From assembly GCA_015233405.1 (NCBI GenBank), contig JADFXT010000006.1, positions 3,848 through 67,847 of the forward strand: a DNA stretch of 64,000 nt. Reading direction: 5' to 3'. The notes under the pieces are model-generated. The model did no database searches. It saw nothing but the letters and a program-made list of their open reading frames with translations, and was not told the DNA's origin. This DNA comes from Candidatus Omnitrophota bacterium (GTDB lineage: Bacteria; Omnitrophota; Gorgyraeia; Zapsychrales; Zapsychraceae). Of the stretch, positions 8,397 to 18,937 are shown piece after piece. A program made the translations under genes and the position numbers. Each line of letters starts with the position of its first letter. Positions within the stretch are counted from its first letter, which is position 1.

Positions 8397-8990
8397 TCAT
8401 TTTTTAAGCAGCATTTCCATACGATTCATCGGCCAATAAACAAATTCCGCACGGCCGACAATATTTTCTTGTGGGACAAATCCCCAGTAGCGACTGTCAT
8501 GACTGGAGGCGCTATTATCGCCGAGCACAAAGACGTTTCCGTCGGGAATCTTTGTTTTCTTCCCTTCCTGGCCATAGTCTCCGCCATTATAATATATTCT
8601 ATCCTTAATGCGCGGTTCATCAACAAGCTGATCGTTGATATAAATATGCCCGTCTTTGATTTCCACGGTTTCCCCACCGAAGGCAATCAGCCGCTTGATA
8701 AAATCTTTTTTGGGGTCCTCCGGATAGACAAAAACAATAATGTCTCCGCGCTTAGGGACGGAAAATCCATGGATACGATTTCTGGTAAAAGGGATCTTCG
8801 GACCATAACGTAATTTGTTGACCATCAACCGGTCGCCTTCAATCAGTGTCGGCCTCATCGATCCGCTGGGAATTTTAAAAGCCTGGATAAAAAAAGTCCG
8901 GATGACCATCGCCAGAATAAACGCGATAAGAATAGACTCGACCCACTCACGAATTTCTGATTTATATTTTAACTTCGTTTCGTCGACCAT
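8397..8990 (-). CDS. lepB: Signal peptidase I
   Basis: SGSMRPTL (Ser box), GDNSASSHDSRYWG, and an N-terminal TM segment. Confidence 0.9.
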   Translation of the reverse strand: MVDETKLKYKSEIREWVESILIAFILAMVIRTFFIQAFKIPSGSMRPTLIEGDRLMVNKLRYGPKIPFTRNRIHGFSVPKRGDIIVFVYPEDPKKDFIKRLIAFGGETVEIKDGHIYINDQLVDEPRIKDRIYYNGGDYGQEGKKTKIPDGNVFVLGDNSASSHDSRYWGFVPQENIVGRAEFVYWPMNRMEMLLKK

Positions 8991-9130
8991 TTTCTCTTTC
9001 CCCTATCCTTTTAAAATTCGAATCTCGAAACTCGAAACAAATCTTAAATCCCAAGCAACAAAAGATTTGATATGTCTTTAAGATTTAGGATTTTGTATTT
9101 GTTTCGGATTTCGGATTTCGAATTTTCTTT

Positions 9131-10921
9131 CTAGATTTTAAGCGCCGCCATAAAAGCTTCCTGCGGAACTTCCACGTTGCCGATTTGCTTAAGTTTCTTT
9201 TTCCCTTCTTTTTGCTTCTCCCAAAGTTTGCGTTTGCGGGTGATGTCCCCGCCATAACACTTGGCTGTAACATTTTTCCCGACGGATTTAACGCGGGCGC
9301 TCGAAATGATCCGGCCGTCACAAGCCGCCTGGATCTTCACTTCAAACAACTGCTGAGGAATCAGATCTTTAAGTTTCGTGACCAGGCTTAAGCCTTTTTC
9401 ATACGCCCGGTCTTTATGCACAAGGCAAGAAAATGCGTCGCAAACTTTTTCATTAATTAAAATATCCAGTTTGGAGACCTTCGTCGGTAAATATCCTTTG
9501 AATTTATAATCCATTGACCCATAGCCGCGGGTCACGGATTTGACCATATCATTAAAATCCACAATGACCTCCGACAACGGAATGTCGAAAACAATTTTCA
9601 TACGGTCTGAGACAAATTCGCTGCCGACATAGATCCCGCGCTTGTTTTTGGTCAATTCCATGATGGTATCCATGTGCTCGACCGGCGACAAAATGATCAC
9701 CGTCAAATAAGGCTCTTCCATTTTCTCGATCTGCGAGCCATCCGGAAGCTCCGACGGATTCTCCAGGTCAATCACCTTGCCATCTTTCATTTCAATACGA
9801 TACTGGACGTTCGGCGTTGTCAAAATAAGGTTCAGATCATATTCCCGTTGAAGGCGTTCCTGGACAATATCCATATGCAGAAGCCCCAAAAATCCGCAGC
9901 GAAACCCATTGCCAAAAGATTGAGACGTTTCCGGCTCATAGACGAGGCTCGGGTCACTTAAACGAAGTTTTTCAATGGCCTCCCGAAGCGCCATGAAATC
10001 CTTGGAATTGACCGGATAAATCCCGCAGAAGACCAATGGCTTAAGTTGGCGGTAACCTTCTAAGGGCTGAGGCGCAGGATTGGCGCTGTCCGTGATCGTA
10101 TCTCCAACGCGGACCTCCCGCGGCTCGTGGATATTGCAGGTGAAATACCCGACCTCGCCGGCCGTCAATTCTTTGACCTTGACCGCCTGAGGCGTAAAAA
10201 CGCCAATTTCCTCAATATGATAATCCTTGTTCATGTGCATCATACGGATCCCCATATGCGGCTTTAAAACGCCCTGCATGACACGGACATAAATAATGAT
10301 GCCTTTGTAAATATCATACTTCATATCAAAGATCAGCGCCTGCAAAGGCTCGTCATCTTTGCCTTCCGGCGCCGGGATAAAATCCACGACTTTTTCAAAA
10401 AGCTTGTCTATCCCAATCCCTTCTTTGGCAGACACGCACTGAATATCTTCTTCCTTAAATTTGAGGATCTCCATCATCTGAAGTTTGGCATGATCCACGT
10501 CGGCGTTAACAATATCGATCTTGTTTAAAACAGGCAGGATTTCCAAATGGTTATCAATAGCCAGATAATAATTCGCGACCGTCTGCGATTCAACGCCCTG
10601 GGAAACATCCACAACCAACAAAGCACCTTCGCAGGCCTTAAGAGACTTTTCGACTTCATAGCAAAAGTCCACGTGGCCGGGGGTGTCAATGAGATTAAAA
10701 ATGTAGTCTTTACCGTTTAAGGATTTATAGTGAAGCCTGACCGCGGACGCCTTGATGGTGATCCCGCGCTCGCGCTCCAAGTCCATATCGTCCAAAAGCT
10801 GGTTATGAAAGTTTCTCTCGTCGATAGCGCCGGTGAACAAAAGAAAGCGGTCCGCCAGCGTGGATTTGCCGTGGTCAATATGGGCAATGATAGAAAAATT
10901 TCTAATGAGTGATTTATCCAT
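9131..10921 (-). CDS. lepA: Translation elongation factor 4 (LepA)
   Basis: IRNFSIIAHIDHGKSTLADR G-domain; 596 aa; classic lepA-lepB pairing. Confidence 0.95.
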   Translation of the reverse strand: MDKSLIRNFSIIAHIDHGKSTLADRFLLFTGAIDERNFHNQLLDDMDLERERGITIKASAVRLHYKSLNGKDYIFNLIDTPGHVDFCYEVEKSLKACEGALLVVDVSQGVESQTVANYYLAIDNHLEILPVLNKIDIVNADVDHAKLQMMEILKFKEEDIQCVSAKEGIGIDKLFEKVVDFIPAPEGKDDEPLQALIFDMKYDIYKGIIIYVRVMQGVLKPHMGIRMMHMNKDYHIEEIGVFTPQAVKVKELTAGEVGYFTCNIHEPREVRVGDTITDSANPAPQPLEGYRQLKPLVFCGIYPVNSKDFMALREAIEKLRLSDPSLVYEPETSQSFGNGFRCGFLGLLHMDIVQERLQREYDLNLILTTPNVQYRIEMKDGKVIDLENPSELPDGSQIEKMEEPYLTVIILSPVEHMDTIMELTKNKRGIYVGSEFVSDRMKIVFDIPLSEVIVDFNDMVKSVTRGYGSMDYKFKGYLPTKVSKLDILINEKVCDAFSCLVHKDRAYEKGLSLVTKLKDLIPQQLFEVKIQAACDGRIISSARVKSVGKNVTAKCYGGDITRKRKLWEKQKEGKKKLKQIGNVEVPQEAFMAALKI

Positions 10922-10962
10922 AGATATTTATGAAAAGATTACAAAGGAATTCGTGGAGTTTT

Positions 10963-11658
10963 TCAATTCTTTATATGCTTTAGCATCTCCTCAACCACCT
11001 GTTCGGCGGTCAGGGGCGTGGAGTCGATATAAATCGCATCGTCGGCTTTCTTAAGCGCTCCATATTTTCTTGTAAGATCTTTTTCGTCCCGTTCCTGGAC
11101 ATCCTTTAATAACTGAGCAGCATCGACCATCTGCCCTTTGGCTTCAAGCTCCTTGATCCTGCGCTTAGCGCGCTCTTCAACATTTCCATCCAAATAAAAT
11201 TTACGGTACGCATTCGGGAACACAACCGTTGTCACGTCCCGGCCTTCGACCACAACGCTTTTCTTTGACCCCACGGAGCGCTGCCATCTGACCATAATTT
11301 CCCGGACACGCGGCGCACGGGCCACATAAAATGTATGATTGGTCACATTGAGCGTCCGGATCTCTTCGCTCACGTCCTCCCCGTCCAGAAAAACCTTAAG
11401 CTTTTCAAAATCCCCTTCAAGGTCAATGGACGTCTTGTTCGCCAACTCAACCAGCTTATCTTCATCGTCTAAATTAATCCCCTGCCGAAGGGCTTTAAGG
11501 GTCAACGCACGATACATCGCCCCGGTATCAAGATACGCGCATTGTAATATCGAAGCCAACCGTTTGGCGACCGTACTTTTTCCGGCACCGGCCGGGCCAT
11601 CAATCGCTATGACACGGATCCCTTCATCTCGACGAGTATTACTGTTGCAACAGGCCAT
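10963..11658 (-). CDS. cmk: Cytidylate kinase
   Basis: IAIDGPAGAGKSTVAK P-loop and overall Cmk-like length. Confidence 0.9.
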   Translation of the reverse strand: MACCNSNTRRDEGIRVIAIDGPAGAGKSTVAKRLASILQCAYLDTGAMYRALTLKALRQGINLDDEDKLVELANKTSIDLEGDFEKLKVFLDGEDVSEEIRTLNVTNHTFYVARAPRVREIMVRWQRSVGSKKSVVVEGRDVTTVVFPNAYRKFYLDGNVEERAKRRIKELEAKGQMVDAAQLLKDVQERDEKDLTRKYGALKKADDAIYIDSTPLTAEQVVEEMLKHIKN

Positions 11659-12499
11659 CTCGTTTCTCCTTTGACTTTGTAAAATAGGTCAACAAACCGT
11701 TTTGGTCATCGTCCACAATCGCCTTACGCAGTTCAGAAAGGGACTTCACAAACTCATCCAAAGAATTCACAATATTTTTAGAATTTAAGAAACAGATATC
11801 GTGCCACATCTGCGGCGAAGACGACGCCACACGCGTTGTGTCCCGAAGCCCTGAGGCACCAAATTCCAGAAATTCCTGAGGGATGGTTCCCATCAGGGCA
11901 AATGCCACGAGATGCGGCAAATGACTGACATAAGCCAAAATCTTGTCGTGTTCTTCCGGAGGCAAATATTTCACCCGAACTCCCAATTTCGTCCATAAGG
12001 CAGTGACGCGGTCTTTGGCCTGTGCATGTGTTTTGGGCGTCGGCGTCATCAGGCATAAAGAATTTTCGAAAAGATTCTCCTGCGCAAAATCGACCCCTTT
12101 TTTCTCGGAACCGACCATCGGATGAGAACCGACAAAGAAAACAGACTGAGGTAAAACCTTTTCAGCCTCTTCGACGATATCCGCTTTGGCGCTTCCCATA
12201 TCCGTCACAATGCACCCGCGTTTTAAATGCGGGGCAATGGCCGGAAGAAGTTTCTTAATGGCCTCAACGGGCGTCGACAATATAACTAAATCGGCATTAT
12301 TGACGGCTTTCCTGACGTCGGTAAAACCAATATCAATGGCCTTCATCTTCATGGCATTGACCAGCGTTGATTGTTTTTGCGAAAGACCAACGATTTCACG
12401 GGCCAGCTGATGTTTTTTAAGCGCCAAACCTAGCGAGCCGCCCATAAGCCCCACGCCAATAATCGTAACCTTTCTAAATGACCAATTATTTAAAATCAT
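11639..12499 (-). CDS. tyrA: Prephenate/arogenate dehydrogenase
   Basis: IIGVGLMGGSLG Rossmann motif, HPMVGSEKKG, and an aromatic-pathway neighbourhood. Confidence 0.85.
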   Translation of the reverse strand: MILNNWSFRKVTIIGVGLMGGSLGLALKKHQLAREIVGLSQKQSTLVNAMKMKAIDIGFTDVRKAVNNADLVILSTPVEAIKKLLPAIAPHLKRGCIVTDMGSAKADIVEEAEKVLPQSVFFVGSHPMVGSEKKGVDFAQENLFENSLCLMTPTPKTHAQAKDRVTALWTKLGVRVKYLPPEEHDKILAYVSHLPHLVAFALMGTIPQEFLEFGASGLRDTTRVASSSPQMWHDICFLNSKNIVNSLDEFVKSLSELRKAIVDDDQNGLLTYFTKSKEKRDGLLQQ

Positions 12500-12554
12500 A
12501 AAATCTCTTTTCCTTTTTTTTCCTCCCCAAAAGGGTGAGGGAAAATTTTTCTAA

Positions 12555-13574
12555 TTACCGCATCGTTCGCCCAACCGCCTGGGCCACTTTTTCCAAATCG
12601 TTCATGAGATTGGCAAAATTTTCCGGGATCAATGACTGCGTCCCGTCGGATAAAGCCTCTTCGGGATTGTCATGGACCTCAATAATAAGCCCATCGCATC
12701 CGGCAGCGACAGCCGCCTTAGACACGCCAGAGACAAGCCCCCAACGCCCTGTGCCATGGCTCGGGTCAACGACGACGGGTAAATGAGATAACTGCTTCAC
12801 TAAGGGAATGGCATTGATGTCCAACGTATTTCTCGTCGCTGTTTCAAAGGTACGAATACCGCGTTCGCACAGGATGACATCAAAATTCCCCTTCGATAAG
12901 ATATACTCGGCCGACATGAGCCATTCTTTGATGGTCGCGCTAATGCCCCGTTTTAATAACACCGGTTTTTTTGTTTGCCCGACTTCGTTAAGAAGAGAAA
13001 AATTCTGCATATTGCGTGCGCCGATCTGGAATATGTCCGCATATTTTGATACAAGCTCGACGTGTCTGGGATCCACCACTTCCGTCGCAACCGCTAAATC
13101 CAACTTCTCTCCGACTTCTTTCAAATATTTTAATCCCTCTTCGCCCAACCCTTGAAACTCATACGGTGACGTTCTGGGCTTAAACGCGCCTCCGCGAAGG
13201 ATGGTCGCACCGGCTTTTTTGACCTCGACGGCGATATTATACAACCCGTCTCGACTCTCAACCGCGCAAGGACCGGCCATCATGATAATCTTGGGACCGC
13301 CGATCTTGATCTTGTTGTTGATCTTAACGATAGAATTTTCTTTTTTAAATTCCCGAGAAACAAGTTTATATGGTGCCAAGACCGGGATCACCTGTTCGAC
13401 GCCCGGAAAAACCTCGAGGGGCGTTACGCGTAGAACATCTTCAGGCCCGATCAACCCGATAACGGTCCTCTCCGTTCCACGCGAAATATTGGCGCGAAGC
13501 CCAAGCTTGGAAACTTTCTCGACAATATGCTGGATCTGTTCCTCTGTAGCTTGAGGATTCAAGACGACGATCAT
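12555..13574 (-). CDS. 3-deoxy-7-phosphoheptulonate (DAHP) synthase, type I-beta with N-terminal regulatory domain
   Basis: Motifs GPCAVES, LKRG and DPSHG. The ~70-aa N-terminal ferredoxin-like extension resembles the Thermotoga-type enzyme. Confidence 0.85.
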   Translation of the reverse strand: MIVVLNPQATEEQIQHIVEKVSKLGLRANISRGTERTVIGLIGPEDVLRVTPLEVFPGVEQVIPVLAPYKLVSREFKKENSIVKINNKIKIGGPKIIMMAGPCAVESRDGLYNIAVEVKKAGATILRGGAFKPRTSPYEFQGLGEEGLKYLKEVGEKLDLAVATEVVDPRHVELVSKYADIFQIGARNMQNFSLLNEVGQTKKPVLLKRGISATIKEWLMSAEYILSKGNFDVILCERGIRTFETATRNTLDINAIPLVKQLSHLPVVVDPSHGTGRWGLVSGVSKAAVAAGCDGLIIEVHDNPEEALSDGTQSLIPENFANLMNDLEKVAQAVGRTMR

Positions 13575-14659
13575 AAGACCTCCTTTAAAGTTTTGACCAA
13601 ACGCTTATTTTCTGCCGGCATCCCAATCGAAACCCTGATGTAATGTTCCATTCCCCAGGCACGCATATCGCGAACAATCACTCCTTTTTCCAAAAGCTTT
13701 CGGCAAACGAGTGAAGAATCTTCCTCGACGCGGATTAAAATGAAATTTGTGTATGTTTTAACGAACTTCAGCCCTAACGATTCAAAACTGCGAAATAAAA
13801 ATTGCCGCTCTTTCTCGACTTGTCCGGCGAGCTTGCGATAATAAGGCTGGTCCTTTAAACACGCCAAGGCGGCTGCCTGGGCCAAGGAATTGATATTAAA
13901 CGGCTCTCTTAAGCGCTCGAGCCAGCTGACAACCTCAATACTAGCGACGCCATAACCGACACGGAGCCCCGCCAAGCCATAAATCTTTGAAAACGTCCGG
14001 GTGACCAAAACATTCTGGTATTTCTTTACCAGCGAAATCGCATTGCCGTAATCTTTAGCCTGGACGAATTCAAAATAAGCCTCGTCGATAAAAATAAGAA
14101 CATCGGTCGGCAATTGCTTAATAAACTTCTCTAATTCCTTTTGAGGAATATAACTACCGCAAGGGTTATCAGGATTTCCCAAGAAAACGATCCTTGTCTT
14201 TTTGGTCACGGCCTTAAGCATCGCATCTAGGTCATAACGAAAATCCGGCGTGACGGCAATGGCTTTTACGTTCGCATCTTCCAGGACTGATGCTATTTTA
14301 TAAATCAAAAAGGTCGGGCTAGCAATGACCACTTCATCACCGGGCCGAACAAAAGCGCGCGCTGCCATGACGATAATTTCATCGGAGCCGTTGCCGAAAA
14401 TGATCTGAGCGGGATTGACCTCTAAACGCTTGGCCAATTCCTGACGAAGATAAAAACAACTGCCGTCGGGATAACGGTTAATGTCGAGTGCAGCCTTTTC
14501 AATCGCCTTCAAGACTTTCGGCGATGGAGGATAAGGATTTTCATTCGAGGCCAGCTTAATGACGCTCTTTAATCCAAATTCCCGCTTAACTTCCTCAATA
14601 GGTTTTCCGCCCACATAAGGCAAAACATTCAAGACTGATTGTTTAACAATATTTTTCAT
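13571..14659 (-). CDS. hisC: Histidinol-phosphate/aromatic aminotransferase (class II)
   Basis: [16 protein letters not shown]-lysine region; 362 aa; embedded among aromatic biosynthesis genes. Confidence 0.8.
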   Translation of the reverse strand: MKNIVKQSVLNVLPYVGGKPIEEVKREFGLKSVIKLASNENPYPPSPKVLKAIEKAALDINRYPDGSCFYLRQELAKRLEVNPAQIIFGNGSDEIIVMAARAFVRPGDEVVIASPTFLIYKIASVLEDANVKAIAVTPDFRYDLDAMLKAVTKKTRIVFLGNPDNPCGSYIPQKELEKFIKQLPTDVLIFIDEAYFEFVQAKDYGNAISLVKKYQNVLVTRTFSKIYGLAGLRVGYGVASIEVVSWLERLREPFNINSLAQAAALACLKDQPYYRKLAGQVEKERQFLFRSFESLGLKFVKTYTNFILIRVEEDSSLVCRKLLEKGVIVRDMRAWGMEHYIRVSIGMPAENKRLVKTLKEVL

Positions 14660-15720
14660 GATTCATCCGCCGGATAAGACCCGGCTACTTTTAAATATTT
14701 ACACATTCCCTCGAGTTCTTCCAAGGCCTGTTGGATCTTTTTATCGTCTCGGTGGCCGACCATGTCGACGAAGAAATAATAATCCCAGGCTTTTTTTCTC
14801 GACGGACGGGACTCTATCTTCGTCAAATTGATGCCGAGCTTGCTAAAAGGAACGAGCATATCATGCAGCGCGCCGACTTTGTCTTTAATTGAAAAGATGA
14901 TCGAGGTCTTGTCCTTACCCGTTGGAGGAACATCCTGTTTGGAGATAACATAAAACCGCGTCATATTGTTCTCCGCGTCCTGGATGTTCGAATGGATAAT
15001 TGGGACCTCATAGACTTTCGCAGCCAGACTGGAGGCGATCGCGGCAGCATAACGCTGCTTGGCCGCCTTTTGCGCGGCTTCCGTCGTCGAAGCGACCCAA
15101 ATCTGCCCTGCTTCGGGAAGATTATTCGCCAGCCAGTTACGGCATTGGCCAAAGACGCTCGGATTCGAGTAAACCGTCTTAATGTCCTTCAAATTTTCTT
15201 TCGACAATAAGTGGTGTTCAACTTTAAGCGTCATCTGGGCGCAAATTTTTAGCTCGGAGTCGACCAAAACATCAAACGTATGCGTTACCGCACCCTCGAC
15301 GGAATTCTCAATCGGGACAACACCGTAATCGCATTCATTGTGCTCAACTTTCTGAAAAACTTCTGTGATGCTGGTACAAGAAACATACGTCACTTGAGAG
15401 CCGAATTTTTTATTGGCGGCCATATGCGAAAACGAACCTTGTGTGCCTAAATAAGAAATCTGCAAAGGTTTTTCCAAAGACAGCGAGCTCGACATGATTT
15501 CCCTGTAAATCGCCTCCAGCCCTTCTGGTTTCATCGGCCCCTTACTTAACGCCTTGACCCTGTCTAAAACTTCCCTTTCCCGATGCGGGGCATAGATGCT
15601 TTCATTATTCTGAAGCTTCTTCTTTCCGATCTCAAGGCTGACCTTGGCGCGCTCATCTAAAAGCGGCACCAGTTTGTCGTCGATCGCATTGATTTTTTTA
15701 CGTAATTCTTCTAGGCTCAT
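14656..15720 (-). CDS. pheA: Bifunctional chorismate mutase / prephenate dehydratase
   Basis: N-terminal CM helix (LEELRKKINAIDDKLVPLLDERA), a PDT core and a C-terminal ACT-like region. Confidence 0.9.
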   Translation of the reverse strand: MSLEELRKKINAIDDKLVPLLDERAKVSLEIGKKKLQNNESIYAPHREREVLDRVKALSKGPMKPEGLEAIYREIMSSSLSLEKPLQISYLGTQGSFSHMAANKKFGSQVTYVSCTSITEVFQKVEHNECDYGVVPIENSVEGAVTHTFDVLVDSELKICAQMTLKVEHHLLSKENLKDIKTVYSNPSVFGQCRNWLANNLPEAGQIWVASTTEAAQKAAKQRYAAAIASSLAAKVYEVPIIHSNIQDAENNMTRFYVISKQDVPPTGKDKTSIIFSIKDKVGALHDMLVPFSKLGINLTKIESRPSRKKAWDYYFFVDMVGHRDDKKIQQALEELEGMCKYLKVAGSYPADES

Positions 15721-16409
15721 TTTTCCACGTCCTCTGTAGGAGATTCTTGTTCTGATTGATGGCCCGGTTCGGCCTGAGAACCTTCGCCGGCGTTATGTTC
15801 TTCAAGGGCTGTTTCCTTGTCGGAAATAAGCCCTGGAAATTCTTCCAACTTCGGCAAATCCTCCAAAGATTTTAATCCAAAATATTCTAAAAATTGCTTC
15901 GTCGTTCCGTACAAATACGGTTTTCCCGCTACATCTTTGCGCCCGATGATCTTGATCAGCTCTTTATTTAAAAGATGTTCCACGACTCCGTCGGAATTGA
16001 CCCCGCGGATGATCTCGATATCCGCCCTTGTGACGGGTTGCTTATATGCCACAATGGCCACGGTTTCCAAAGACGGCTTGGACAACTTTTCTTTATGTTT
16101 GGTTTTATAAAACGCACGGACCGATTCAGCGTAAATGGAGTTCGTCAGCATTTGAAACCCGCCGGCGATTTCCATAATCACCATGCCGCTTTTGCGCGTT
16201 TGATATTCTTCCTGCAAAAGCCCCAAGGCCTTTTTGATGTCTCCCATCCCGACGGCAGGAAAAACTTTCTTTAATTGCTCCAACGCCACAGGCTGCTCAT
16301 TAACAAACAAGATCGATTCAATCACTCCTTTGATGTGGGTCATCTGCCCGTCGACTTCCGGGGCCGGAGGCTTTACAGCTGCTTGATCTGCTAAAGGTTG
16401 TTCTTCCAT
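15717..16409 (-). CDS. scpB: Segregation and condensation protein B
   Basis: IESILFVNEQPVALEQL and a tandem winged-helix layout, with an acidic C-terminal tail. Confidence 0.85.
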   Translation of the reverse strand: MEEQPLADQAAVKPPAPEVDGQMTHIKGVIESILFVNEQPVALEQLKKVFPAVGMGDIKKALGLLQEEYQTRKSGMVIMEIAGGFQMLTNSIYAESVRAFYKTKHKEKLSKPSLETVAIVAYKQPVTRADIEIIRGVNSDGVVEHLLNKELIKIIGRKDVAGKPYLYGTTKQFLEYFGLKSLEDLPKLEEFPGLISDKETALEEHNAGEGSQAEPGHQSEQESPTEDVEK

Positions 16410-16410
16410 A

Positions 16411-17040
16411 TTAAGAGCTCACCTTCTGTTTATAAATTTCATTTAACAATTCTTCTGCTGTTTGAATATCCGGTTTACGCTCAAGCGCTTTACTGATCAT
16501 ATTCTGGGCTTCGGGCTTTTTATACTGTAACTGAAGAAGCACATGCAGGGCTTCTTCCTGCCAGATCGCTTGAGGAATTGGCTTTTTCTCGACGGAAGAG
16601 TCATCACGGATGAGTCCGAACCGTCCGACTTTCCCCTGAAGTTTAGCGACGATCTCCTTGGCCCTCTGCGCTCCAATACCGGGCAACGTCTTTAAGTATG
16701 CCAAATCCCCCTGGTCGATGGCGGCGGCAATTTCTGAAATCGGTTTATTGAGGGCTCTGACCGCTGCTCGCGGGCCGATACCGGAGACCGTGATAAATTG
16801 CAGGAAGAAATCCCGTTCGATCTCATGGATAAAGCCGATCAAAACCGGAACGCCGCTCGATTGTGTCAGCTGGAAATAATGATAGGTGATCAAATGGATA
16901 TTGCCATCTGTATCAAGCGTCTGGTCCACGCGCTCAATCACAGAAAGCGCAACAATCACCTCATAGAACAATCCTCCGACGTCAATAATAAGCGATTGTT
17001 CTTTTCTTTGAATAAGTTTTCCTGTAATTTCAGCGATCAT
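16411..17040 (-). CDS. ruvA: Holliday junction branch-migration complex subunit RuvA
   Basis: MIAEITGKL start, HhH motifs (LPGIGAQRAKEIV), 209 aa. Confidence 0.9.
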   Translation of the reverse strand: MIAEITGKLIQRKEQSLIIDVGGLFYEVIVALSVIERVDQTLDTDGNIHLITYHYFQLTQSSGVPVLIGFIHEIERDFFLQFITVSGIGPRAAVRALNKPISEIAAAIDQGDLAYLKTLPGIGAQRAKEIVAKLQGKVGRFGLIRDDSSVEKKPIPQAIWQEEALHVLLQLQYKKPEAQNMISKALERKPDIQTAEELLNEIYKQKVSS

Positions 17041-17519
17041 ATGGCGCGACCTTGAAGTTGGGCATAACCGAGCGCTAAAGCTAATGCGTCACTGGCGTCT
17101 AATGTCAACTTTTTCTCGTCAAGATTCAGATAATGGGCGACCATTCGACGTGTCTGCAATTTTGAGGCGTTCCCATTTCCGGTTAAAGCTTTACGGACCC
17201 GTTTAGGGCTCTCTTCGACTAACACAATATTTTTCTGCGCGCACAACAAACAAATCACTCCACGCACATGGCCTAAAATCCCGACGGTCATCGGATAATC
17301 ATAATGAGCGTATAATTTTTCCAGGATAAGTTTTTCGGGATTATATTGGCAAAGGATTTCATCAAGGACTTTATAGACTTTATGAATACGCGCTTCAAGC
17401 GGATCTTTGGCCCGGGGATTAATGCTTCCGGTTTCGAGCAGAATGACACCCTCTTTTTGGATATCAACAACTCCGTATCCGGTCACATTAGTCCCTGGGT
17501 CAATACCAATGATCTTCAT
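17037..17519 (-). CDS. ruvC: Crossover junction endodeoxyribonuclease RuvC
   Basis: MKIIGIDPGTNVTGYGV catalytic start; 160 aa. Confidence 0.9.
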   Translation of the reverse strand: MKIIGIDPGTNVTGYGVVDIQKEGVILLETGSINPRAKDPLEARIHKVYKVLDEILCQYNPEKLILEKLYAHYDYPMTVGILGHVRGVICLLCAQKNIVLVEESPKRVRKALTGNGNASKLQTRRMVAHYLNLDEKKLTLDASDALALALGYAQLQGRAI

Positions 17520-18280
17520 TCTTGAGCGGCTTCGGCAGAAATCTTTTCCATTTCTTCGTCTGAGATATCAAAGTTCGCATACACATTCTGAACGTCTTCC
17601 TGCTCTTCCAACGATTCCATCAGGCTCAAAAGCTGACGGGCATTGTCGCCGGTCACTTTGATATAAGAACTCGGGATCATGGTCACTTCCGCAGAATTGA
17701 CCGGTATCCCTTTGGCCGTGATCGCATCCTTAACCGCCATAAAATTCGCTGGATCGGTCGTCACATCAAAATATTTCCCGTCGGAGCTGATATCTTCGGC
17801 CCCGGCATCAAGAGCGATTTCCATCAAAGCGTCCTCGCTGGTCTTATCTTTCTCGATGGTAATAAAACCTTTTTTCGTGAACAGAAACGCGGTGCTTCCC
17901 GGACCCGCCATGTTTCCGGCTTTTTTGTTTAAAAGATTCCGGACTTCTGCCGTAGTACGGTTCTTATTGTCCGTCAGTCCAGAAATAAGCATTGCAACGC
18001 CACCCGGACCATAAGCGTCGAACATAAACGTTTCATAAACAATACCCGGAAGTTCGCCTGTCCCTTTTTTAATGGCGTTCTCGATATTATCCTTAGGCAT
18101 ATTGATGCTTCGAGCACGGTCAATAGCCGTTCGTAGCGCTGGGTTCGTTTCAATATTCCCACCGCCATTTTTGGCTACGGTCGTGATTTCCCGGATAACC
18201 TTTGTAAACGCGGCGCCTCTTTTTGCGTCGGTCGCTGCTTTTTTGTGTTTAATTGTGGCCCACTTTGAATGACCTGACAT
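17516..18280 (-). CDS. yebC: YebC/PmpR family DNA-binding transcriptional regulator
   Basis: MSGHSKWATIKHKKAATDAKRG, the hallmark N-terminus. Confidence 0.9.
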   Translation of the reverse strand: MSGHSKWATIKHKKAATDAKRGAAFTKVIREITTVAKNGGGNIETNPALRTAIDRARSINMPKDNIENAIKKGTGELPGIVYETFMFDAYGPGGVAMLISGLTDNKNRTTAEVRNLLNKKAGNMAGPGSTAFLFTKKGFITIEKDKTSEDALMEIALDAGAEDISSDGKYFDVTTDPANFMAVKDAITAKGIPVNSAEVTMIPSSYIKVTGDNARQLLSLMESLEEQEDVQNVYANFDISDEEMEKISAEAAQE

Positions 18281-18340
18281 ACTAACTACCTCCTATTTGG
18301 TTAACTAATTTATAGACAATTTAATGCCTATCTTCTATTT

Positions 18341-18892
18341 TTATGGTTTGCTTGCAGTTGGTTCCTTGCCCAACCCATCACGCTGTTGTTTAACAAAAGA
18401 TAAAAAATTTTTTATGACCTCTTTAGTTATCTTTTCCTCAAATTCTTGAGAAGAATATTTAGATATCTCCCCTAATTTATACCGAGGGTCTTTAAACCAA
18501 GAATCTAAGATTTCTAATATCTTCGCTTCGGCCATCCCGCCGGGCTTCAACTCACTCCGACTAACCTCAGAGAACTTTGATGAAACCCAAACCGGGAAGA
18601 TGCGTTTAGGTATCTTTTTTTCAACAAACTGCTCACGAGAGATCATTACTATTGGAGCAGGATGCCCCAGCGACAAATCTTTTCCTTCACTGTCAATCAG
18701 TGATATTCTAATGCTCCCTCCATCCTTATATACATCAGCAAAAGTCACCGTTATCGGCGGAGTGAGCTTATTCAAGATTTCAATCGCTTTATCTTCCGAA
18801 ACAGTTTGCCCAACCGCCGGGCTCAAAAAGGCAAAAGAAACAAAAAGTACAAAAATAATTTGAAACAACGTTCTTCTCATCGTGCTCGACAT
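18341..18892 (-). CDS. Hypothetical secreted protein
   Basis: Signal-peptide-like N-terminus (FVLFVSFAFLSPAVGQ). AAAGGAGGAG RBS upstream. No recognisable domain. Confidence 0.55.
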   Translation of the reverse strand: MSSTMRRTLFQIIFVLFVSFAFLSPAVGQTVSEDKAIEILNKLTPPITVTFADVYKDGGSIRISLIDSEGKDLSLGHPAPIVMISREQFVEKKIPKRIFPVWVSSKFSEVSRSELKPGGMAEAKILEILDSWFKDPRYKLGEISKYSSQEFEEKITKEVIKNFLSFVKQQRDGLGKEPTASKP

Positions 18893-18937
18893 TTCTTCTC
18901 CTCCTTTTTGTTCATCAATCCCGATGCTTCAAATATT

